Source: Microcoleaceae cyanobacterium
GTDB taxonomy: Bacteria; Cyanobacteriota; Cyanobacteriia; Cyanobacteriales; Microcoleaceae
DNA: 35,955 nucleotides
NCBI GenBank assembly: GCA_051652765.1
Contig: JBOFUV010000153.1
Coordinates: 1 to 35,955 of the forward strand
Direction of reading: 5' to 3'
The position numbers and the translations under genes were made by a program. The notes beneath the pieces are model-generated. The model was not told the DNA's origin and did no database searches. It worked only from the letters and a program-made list of their open reading frames with translations. Below, in pieces: positions 28,911-35,955 of this stretch (the first letter of the stretch is position 1; every line of letters begins with the position of its first letter).

Positions 28911-31640
28911 TCAACCCTCCTCAGAAAGGGAGACCTGCCGCAAAGGCTCTTGTACATCAATCCCTAGGGTTTGGCCAAGGCGCAGGAAGTGATAAAGCTG
29001 AGGACGTTCCCACTGACTCCGTCCAAGTTCGGTCTTGGAGGCATCCCAGGAGACTGAAGGTGCTTTAACTGCTTCATCGGCAGAAGTTTGACAGTGGAGG
29101 AAGTCTAAACCCAGGGGAATAATTTGGGTAGTGAGGTGGTAAAAGTAAATTTCTTGGGCTTTCTCCAGGGAAAGATCCAGGTTCAGCAGGCGACTGGCTT
29201 GAACCAGACGTTCCAGATTTTGAACATTCAGCCCCAGTGGTTCAGGGTGTGTCTCTTGCAGGATTTTGCAGAGCGATCGCACCAGTAGTTGCCGCAGAAT
29301 TTCCTGGACTTCCCAGTGCTTAACTTGACAATGCAAAATTTGAGCTTCTGCCGCAACAGTTTCTAGCGTCACCAAATGATTCAGACTCAGTTGACCCTCT
29401 CTACTTTCGGACTCCAACGCTTGCAGCGCCCGCAGACACCGATGACTTAAGGCCACATCTGCTGCAACTTGAAGTTCCTGAGGAACAGGTAAGCCGTCTC
29501 GATGAAAGGCCATCAAAATTCCATAGTTATCCCGATAAACCTGAGTATAGAGCTGGTTTAGTCCGGTCAAGGTTTCCTGGGATAGCAGCTCCATAATTCG
29601 TTGACGCTCCTCAACCAATAAATCCTGCAAATTAAAGGCACGTCCCCCCCAGGATTCAATCATGACCTTGATCACATAGGCAGCACTGGCATGATGTAAA
29701 GCTTCAAATAACCGTTTCTTGACCTCGGCATAAGCCCGCCGTCCGGCAAAAGCCTGAATCTCACAGTGAAAATCCCATCCTCCCAGATGCAACACGGCAA
29801 ACACCAGATGTTTTTGCTCGCGGGTGATTTCTGAAATTAACATCACCTGGCCGACCCCCAAGGTCAACGATCCAATGCAACGCTGCTGATAGTCAAGTTT
29901 CTGGGCATTGCAACAGTAAAGGCGGTGTTCCTGAGGATAGACCGTGAATAGGGAACTAATGCCATAGTGGGCTGCAACTTGCTCTAGGGGAATGCGGGAA
30001 GGAACCACCAACTGGCGGTAGATCTCGTCCCCAGTCCTGAACAGATCAACGTTACTGGAGGCCAAGGTCAGTTGTTGTAGAAATTCTGCCTCAAGGTCGA
30101 TGCCTGTAACTTCTGCAGCCAGTTCAATGGCTCGACTGGCATACCGTAAAATTTGAGTGCCCTCTGGACGAGATAGCTCCTCAAAGAACCAGCCGCAACT
30201 GGTAAACATTAGGAGCCCATGGCGCTGCATTTCCAGCAAGCGGAGGGCATCAATCCGCTCAACCTCACTCAACTCGTGGGTTTGATGCTGGCGCAAAAAT
30301 TGATTCACACCGGTGAGGGAGCGATCGCGCATCACTTGAATATAGTGATCCCGTGCTGTCCAAGGATCACTAAAAAACTCAGCGCCCGTCCGAGCATAAA
30401 TCTGACTCAGTTGATCTCTCAGCCAATTTAGCGTATTTCTCAGGGGCTTGCGCCACTGTTGATGCCACGACCCACCGCCTCCACACCCACAGTCATCTTG
30501 CCACCGATCCACACCATGACTGCAACTCCAAGAGGTTGTAGGCTTTAATTCTACTTCCCAGGTGGGAGGATTGAGGCTGAGGTAGTGAGCAAAATTGGTC
30601 ACTGTCCAGCCCCGTTGTGGAAATTCTTTCACAAACGCATAGGCCAGACATTTTTCTGTCCCATCTCGGTGATGCCCAAAGGTTTCACCATCCGTTGCCA
30701 CTGCAATCAACTGAGTTGGACGATGATCCTGGTGAATGGCCTGACCGAGGCGACCTACAAAATAACCAGAGTGGTTCAAGATATCACTAAAGCCTATATC
30801 TCGTGATATCGGCCCATCATAGAAAAAGATATCCAGATAGTGGTCAGGGTCTTTCTCACCGTTACTGCCTTGGAGATAACAGCGGTAGGGACGAGTCGGA
30901 TCAATTTGCTCCTCTGCCACCTCAATCCATTGGGGATCAGGGTCAGGGTCAGTCGGCAAAGGGCGACAACGGTGAGCTTGAGAGGGAGCCAAAATGGTAA
31001 ACCGGATGCCTTCATGGATAAGGGCTGCGACTGTGGGGTAATCAATGGCCGTTTCGGCTAGCCACATCCCTTCCGGATCACGACCAAATCGACTTTGAAA
31101 GTCCGCTTTTCCCCAACGAATTTGGGTGTACTTGTCTCGTTCATTGGCGAGGGGAAGAATAATGTGGTTGTAGACTTGGGCGATCGCGTTGCCATGACCA
31201 TTGAGGCGCTGGCAACTGTTGCGATCAGCCTCAAGAATCTTTTGGTAAACCTCCGCATCGTAGCGTTCTAACCAACTCATCAAGGTTGGGCCCACATTAA
31301 AGCTGAGATACTCATAGTTGTTGACGATCCCGATGACTTCAGCTTGATCGTTCAAGATTCTGGCAAATGCATTGGGGCGATAACATTCGTGATAAATTCG
31401 TTCGTTCCAGTTGCAAAACGGTTCAGCTCCAGGTTGCCGTTCGATAGATTCAAGATAGGGATTTTCCCGAGGAGGCTGATAGAAATGACCATGAATCGTC
31501 ACATAAACCCCGGTTGTAGTTGGCTGGGGATCAACGAGTTCTTGCCTTGGTTCAACTTGATTCAACTCAGAACTAGAAACAGCAAGATCGGGCAGGGATT
31601 CTTTCTCCTCAGCAGCAAATGTATCCGTAGAGAAAACCAT
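28911..31640 (-). CDS. Glycoside hydrolase family 57 / DUF3536 protein
   Basis: HGHFYQP, HIILPL, GMWLAETA, ATDGETFGHH, SCGWFF. Confidence 0.92.
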   Translation of the reverse strand: MVFSTDTFAAEEKESLPDLAVSSSELNQVEPRQELVDPQPTTTGVYVTIHGHFYQPPRENPYLESIERQPGAEPFCNWNERIYHECYRPNAFARILNDQAEVIGIVNNYEYLSFNVGPTLMSWLERYDAEVYQKILEADRNSCQRLNGHGNAIAQVYNHIILPLANERDKYTQIRWGKADFQSRFGRDPEGMWLAETAIDYPTVAALIHEGIRFTILAPSQAHRCRPLPTDPDPDPQWIEVAEEQIDPTRPYRCYLQGSNGEKDPDHYLDIFFYDGPISRDIGFSDILNHSGYFVGRLGQAIHQDHRPTQLIAVATDGETFGHHRDGTEKCLAYAFVKEFPQRGWTVTNFAHYLSLNPPTWEVELKPTTSWSCSHGVDRWQDDCGCGGGGSWHQQWRKPLRNTLNWLRDQLSQIYARTGAEFFSDPWTARDHYIQVMRDRSLTGVNQFLRQHQTHELSEVERIDALRLLEMQRHGLLMFTSCGWFFEELSRPEGTQILRYASRAIELAAEVTGIDLEAEFLQQLTLASSNVDLFRTGDEIYRQLVVPSRIPLEQVAAHYGISSLFTVYPQEHRLYCCNAQKLDYQQRCIGSLTLGVGQVMLISEITREQKHLVFAVLHLGGWDFHCEIQAFAGRRAYAEVKKRLFEALHHASAAYVIKVMIESWGGRAFNLQDLLVEERQRIMELLSQETLTGLNQLYTQVYRDNYGILMAFHRDGLPVPQELQVAADVALSHRCLRALQALESESREGQLSLNHLVTLETVAAEAQILHCQVKHWEVQEILRQLLVRSLCKILQETHPEPLGLNVQNLERLVQASRLLNLDLSLEKAQEIYFYHLTTQIIPLGLDFLHCQTSADEAVKAPSVSWDASKTELGRSQWERPQLYHFLRLGQTLGIDVQEPLRQVSLSEEG

Positions 31641-32241
31641 AAGATCAAACCTGTGCTTTTTAAAATAATTAAACTAATAATTAAACTTTAGAAAACCCGC
31701 ACAAACTCCCCTTTGATCAAGCGTTCTACTCCAGTGAACTTCAACAAAATAATCTGCAGTGAGGACTCTAATTCTCTAAGACGGAACTCAGCCTTGACCC
31801 GCTTTATTGTATAGGTTGTTTCTTTTTTCTGCAAGTTTAAGCTTGCAAAATTTAATCTTTGTTATCAGGGTTGAAACTCTCAAGGAAGAATAAACTTTAA
31901 AGAAAGAATAAAAATGTGGCCTCGTGGTTTGTCAAGGTTGAGGTGAGTTGCAGAAGTTGATCTCGAGCTAACAGGATCAAATCCAGCGCTTGAGAATTTT
32001 AATAGTGTACATCAGTCGGACAAGATGCCAGTGCCAGCCAAATCCTACACAACGAACACTCATCGGTTATTCCTGATTGCTAAAATGACTTGATCTGAAT
32101 GGGCCGTATGCAAATTTTCTCTGTATCGAGTTTGCCTAAACGCTTTATAATGCTTAACCAACTGAACTCTAGAACAGGCAGTTTTCAATTAAAGCCCTTG
32201 GTTCTGACTCTAGATATCACTCAAGGTTAAATCTTAAACTA

Positions 32242-33351
32242 ATGTTAAACGCTCAGACTATTCTCTCGATTCTACTGATCTTTATTCCAGTTTCGATCGC
32301 TTCCCAACAGCTTGATTGGGGATCTTCAGTGATATTTATTACTTCAGCCCTAGCGATTGTCCCACTAGCGGGCTGGATGGGAGTGGCAACGGAGGAAATC
32401 GCAGTTGTTTTAGGCCCAAATCTGGGGGGGCTCTTGAATGCTACTTTTGGGAACGCGACAGAATTAATCATTGGGATTGTGGCCCTCAAAGCGGGGCTGA
32501 TTGACGTGGTCAAAGCCAGTTTAACCGGGTCAATTATCAGTAACCTCTTGTTGGTGATGGGGTTTTCAATGTTCCTAGGGGGGTTACGGTTTAAAGAACA
32601 AACCTTTCAACCCGTGATCGCTCGTCTAAATGCTTCAGCGATGAACTTAGCAGTGATTGCCATTCTGGTTCCTACCGCAGTAGATTTCACCTCATCCGGA
32701 ATCCAAGAAGCAACCATGCAACGGCTGTCTGGGTTAGTTTCCATTGTGTTAATTATTGTCTACATTTTGACCCTGCTGTTTTCGATGAAAACCCACTCCT
32801 ACCTCTATGATGTTGGACTGGCAGAGAACAATGAAAGCACTGATCTTGCAGCCGAAGATCCTCAGCTGGAGTCTTCGGAACCCGAAAAGCCAAATCTCTT
32901 GCTCTGGTCAGGGGTACTGTTGGCAGCGACCCTCGTGGTTGCGTTCGAGTCCGAATTATTGGTCGGTAGCCTAGAGGAAGCGACTTCCCGTTTAGGTTTG
33001 ACGGCTTTATTTACTGGGGTCATCCTGGTTCCCATTATTGGTAACGCCGCAGAACACACCACAGCAGTGACCGTGGCGATGAAGAACAAAATGGATCTTT
33101 CTGTATCAGTGGCCCTGGGTTCGAGTTTGCAAATTGCCTTGTTTGTTGCCCCGGCTTTGGTTCTGGCCGGGGTTATATTGGGCCAACCCATGGACTTGAA
33201 CTTTAATCCGTTTGAGCTGATTGCCGTTGGGGTGGCTGTTCTGATTGCCAACTCCGTTAGTGCCGATGGTCGATCGGATTGGTTAGAAGGAGTCCTGTTG
33301 TTGGCAGCTTATACAGTGTTGGGCATTGCCTTCTTTTTTCACCCCGTCTAG
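32242..33351 (+). CDS. cax: Calcium/proton exchanger
   Basis: Alpha-repeat motifs GNATE and GNAAEH, many TM helices, acidic central loop. Confidence 0.95.
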   Translation: MLNAQTILSILLIFIPVSIASQQLDWGSSVIFITSALAIVPLAGWMGVATEEIAVVLGPNLGGLLNATFGNATELIIGIVALKAGLIDVVKASLTGSIISNLLLVMGFSMFLGGLRFKEQTFQPVIARLNASAMNLAVIAILVPTAVDFTSSGIQEATMQRLSGLVSIVLIIVYILTLLFSMKTHSYLYDVGLAENNESTDLAAEDPQLESSEPEKPNLLLWSGVLLAATLVVAFESELLVGSLEEATSRLGLTALFTGVILVPIIGNAAEHTTAVTVAMKNKMDLSVSVALGSSLQIALFVAPALVLAGVILGQPMDLNFNPFELIAVGVAVLIANSVSADGRSDWLEGVLLLAAYTVLGIAFFFHPV

Positions 33352-33461
33352 AGATCCTACCCAGAATAGAGGATTTGGTGAGCTGAATCTCAAAAGAAGA
33401 GAGTCACTAGGGTATAGTGGAGTTAATCCGACAAGCTGTCTTTGTCTGCGTTCTAGCGCTT

Positions 33462-35585
33462 GTGAGTTATTGCCTTAATCCAAACTGTCCAAATCCTTCT
33501 GATCCGTCGAATGTAGGTCGGCAGGCATGTTCTCAATGTGGTTCGGAGCTGCTGCTAAAAGGGCGCTACCGAATCCTTAGACAGCTTGGGGGAGGGGGGT
33601 TTGGCAAGACCTTCGAAATTGCTGATGAGAAGCTAAAAACCTATCGCGTCTTAAAGGTTCTGTTAAAAGAGCATCCCAAAGCGGTTGCCCTATTTAAGCA
33701 AGAGGCCAAGGTTTTGAGTGAACTCAATCATCCGGGTGTTCCCAAAGTTGACGGGGATGGTTACTTCACGTTCAAGCCCAAGGGATCAAAGGAACCCATT
33801 CATTGCCTGGTCATGGAGAAGATTGAAGGTGCTAATTTACAGGATTGGATGAAATCTCGAAAAAAGGAGCCGATTGACCAAGACCTAGCCCTGCAATGGC
33901 TGATTCAGCTTACAGAAATCTTAGATAAAGTTCACAGCTTGCACTATTTCCATCGAGATATTAAGCCGCAAAATATTATGCGGAAACCAGATGGACAACT
34001 GGTGTTGATTGATTTCGGGACAGCCCGAGAGGTTTCTGGCACTTATCTCGCCAAAGTTGAACAGGGTCAAAACGTCACTGGGATTGTGTCCCCTGGATAT
34101 ACCCCTCCAGAACAGACCAACGGCAAAGCTGTCCCTCAGTCTGATTTTTTTGCCCTTGGGCGGACATTTGTCTACCTCCTCACCGGCAAGCCACCAACGG
34201 CTTATCCAGAGAACCCGAGAACAGGGAAACTATTGTGGCGCAAGGGAGCTTTACCATCCATCTCAAAGCAGGTAGCTGACATTATTGATTACTTAATGGC
34301 TCCTTTCCCAGGAAATCGCCCCCAGAATCCTCAAATAGTTCTTCAGTGTCTCAGAGAGATTGATCTCAGTCGGAGTGAACCTCTGTCTCCGACGACTGAG
34401 CCCCAGGATACTAAACCTAAGCGTCCGAAGCAGCGGGAAGTCATTCAAGCTAGAAAAGCAACCCTTTCAAGTCGATCCCGGCAATCGTTTCAGTTTCCCC
34501 TGAAAACAGTTCTCACCCTGGGAACCCTCATGGTATTGGGAGGATTGGTCTATACCCAAGTGGATGGATACCTGCGCTATGGGCTTATTCCCGCTGATCC
34601 CATCCTGATTGTGAAAAGTCTACCGGGCAGCTTTTGGCTAGAGGGCCATAAGCAAGCCTTGGGTAAGGTGTATGCTGTGGCCATCAATCCCAATAATAGA
34701 GTTTTAGTGAGTGGCAGTGCCTTTGGCGCAATTCGGGGATGGGATTTGCAGTCAGGCCAACTGCTCTACAAACCCCCAAAGCCAGGTGCTCCCCCCGCGA
34801 TCGCCGCCCATAGTGAGTGGGTTAGAGCCCTCGCCATTAGCCCAGATGGCAAGACTTTGGCCAGCGGGAGTGACGACAAAACAATTCGGTTGTGGGATTT
34901 ACAACAAGGAGTCCGACAACGAACCATTGAAGGTCATACCAAAGCCGTCAACGCTGTGGCCTTTAGCCCCAATGGTCAACTGTTGGCCAGTGGCAGTAGT
35001 GACGATACCATCCGAATCGAAAACTTAGTGAGTGGAACTCGGCAACTGACCATCCGGACTGAGAGTCGGGGAGTCTATGGGATTGCTTTTAGTCCAGATG
35101 GTCAAACCATAGCCAGCGCGGGCCAAGATGGTACGATCAAGCTCTGGAGCTTAGCAAGGGGAACTCGGACGTTAACCCTAGGCAAGGATTCGACAACCCG
35201 CCATAAGGGAGTCGTGAATGCGATCGCCTATACATCGGATGGTCAAGTGATTGCCAGTGGTAGCGAGGATGGTACGGTTCGGTTATGGAATGCCGAAAAT
35301 GGTGAACTCATAGAGATTGTGTTAAACGAAAATAAACCCGTTAGATCCCTGGCCGTTAGTCAAGATGGCAAAATCTTAGCGGTTGGGAGTAACCAAATTC
35401 ATCTATGGACTCTGACATCAACTCCGCAAAGACTGAGAACGGCGGAAGAATTAGCGAACTTTTGGGGACATGCTGAGCCGGTGACGGCATTAGCCATCAG
35501 CTCCGATAGCAAGACCTTAGTCAGCGGCAGTGAAGATAAAACCATCAAGATTTGGCAAGTACCTGATAAAAGCCAAAAGAACTGA
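33462..35585 (+). CDS. Ser/Thr protein kinase with N-terminal 4-Cys motif, TM helix and WD40 repeats
   Basis: YCLNPNC...CSQCG, GGGGFG, HRDIKPQN, DFG, GH...SGSxDxTIxLW repeats; start likely GTG 33462. Confidence 0.95.
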   Translation: MSYCLNPNCPNPSDPSNVGRQACSQCGSELLLKGRYRILRQLGGGGFGKTFEIADEKLKTYRVLKVLLKEHPKAVALFKQEAKVLSELNHPGVPKVDGDGYFTFKPKGSKEPIHCLVMEKIEGANLQDWMKSRKKEPIDQDLALQWLIQLTEILDKVHSLHYFHRDIKPQNIMRKPDGQLVLIDFGTAREVSGTYLAKVEQGQNVTGIVSPGYTPPEQTNGKAVPQSDFFALGRTFVYLLTGKPPTAYPENPRTGKLLWRKGALPSISKQVADIIDYLMAPFPGNRPQNPQIVLQCLREIDLSRSEPLSPTTEPQDTKPKRPKQREVIQARKATLSSRSRQSFQFPLKTVLTLGTLMVLGGLVYTQVDGYLRYGLIPADPILIVKSLPGSFWLEGHKQALGKVYAVAINPNNRVLVSGSAFGAIRGWDLQSGQLLYKPPKPGAPPAIAAHSEWVRALAISPDGKTLASGSDDKTIRLWDLQQGVRQRTIEGHTKAVNAVAFSPNGQLLASGSSDDTIRIENLVSGTRQLTIRTESRGVYGIAFSPDGQTIASAGQDGTIKLWSLARGTRTLTLGKDSTTRHKGVVNAIAYTSDGQVIASGSEDGTVRLWNAENGELIEIVLNENKPVRSLAVSQDGKILAVGSNQIHLWTLTSTPQRLRTAEELANFWGHAEPVTALAISSDSKTLVSGSEDKTIKIWQVPDKSQKN

Positions 35586-35611
35586 CCTAAAACCCGGAAG
35601 TTAGCGCTAAT

Positions 35612-35653
35612 CCCAAAGGTTTGATCCCAAAGTTCTAACTCCAAAGTTCTAAC
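35612..35653. repeat. 14-bp tandem repeat (YCCAAAGTTCTAAC) x3, first copy degenerate
   Basis: Units at 35612, 35626 and 35640. Confidence 0.8.
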
Positions 35654-35808
35654 TCTAAGGGGTTAAGCTTGCTACTTTAGGTGAGTTACCCAAGTTCGCC
35701 AGGGTTAGGCTGCTCAGACTCCAAACTCCCGCCAAATGTAGGGGCACGCGGGGAGTGAAAGAAGCATTTCGGGGTTGAGCAAGAGATTCTGTAGACCCAG
35801 TAACCTCC

Positions 35809-35955
35809 CTAGGAGAGAATTCGGCTGCCAAAGGAATAGTCAGGACAATCAATGGCTTGCTCTGAAAGGGCAATCATAGGTTGAACAGGACACTTGAGAT
35901 GGTAATCTTTGGTAAAAAATTTGCAGTTGGCACACGGGATCTGATGCATTCGCTG
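35809..35955 (-). CDS. 3' end of a small Cys-rich conserved cyanobacterial protein (truncated by the window edge)
   Basis: Own translation: QRMHQIPCANCKFFTKDYHLKCPVQPMIALSEQAIDCPDYSFGSRILS*. Confidence 0.8.
   Translation of the reverse strand, partial: QRMHQIPCANCKFFTKDYHLKCPVQPMIALSEQAIDCPDYSFGSRILS

Noticed and set aside
31641..32241. Hidden gene or RNA in the 600-bp divergent intergenic region
   Set aside because: Only short duplications and AT-rich promoter-like sequence; nothing supportable
35590..35612. SRP RNA (ffs) fragment
   Set aside because: Only a vague end resemblance; the conserved CAGG-GGAA-AGCAG domain is absent
35655..35873. 72-aa minus-strand ORF
   Set aside because: Overlaps a better-supported gene in another frame and has no recognisable features

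Overview
Chromosomal window from a cyanobacterium (about two dozen HIP1 GCGATCGC octamers counted by eye; hpsE-like genes suggest a filamentous, motile lineage). Most of it is conserved housekeeping and stress genes: hpf/lrtA, lipB, a pentapeptide-repeat protein, gloA, clpB, htpG, an AMIN protein, a NUDIX hydrolase, GST, a MerA-like flavoprotein, Hsp20, cheB, a CNNM/hemolysin transporter, a methyltransferase, a GH57/DUF3536 enzyme, cax and a Ser/Thr kinase-WD40. It also holds an AT-rich polysaccharide block of five GT2 glycosyltransferases and two sulfotransferases. Best leads: (1) a ~1.08-kb transposase-free two-gene cassette right after clpB, bounded by inverted repeats, with its own promoter and palindromic operator (toxin-antitoxin/defence-like layout, unknown proteins); (2) a divergent PII paralog lacking the NAGK-binding and modification residues; (3) an identical 15-bp K-box-like site upstream of both htpG and the Hsp20 gene; (4) a candidate ~55-nt sRNA upstream of gloA. 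No tRNA, rRNA, CRISPR array or transposase was recognised. Family assignments come from motif recognition only; no searches were run.
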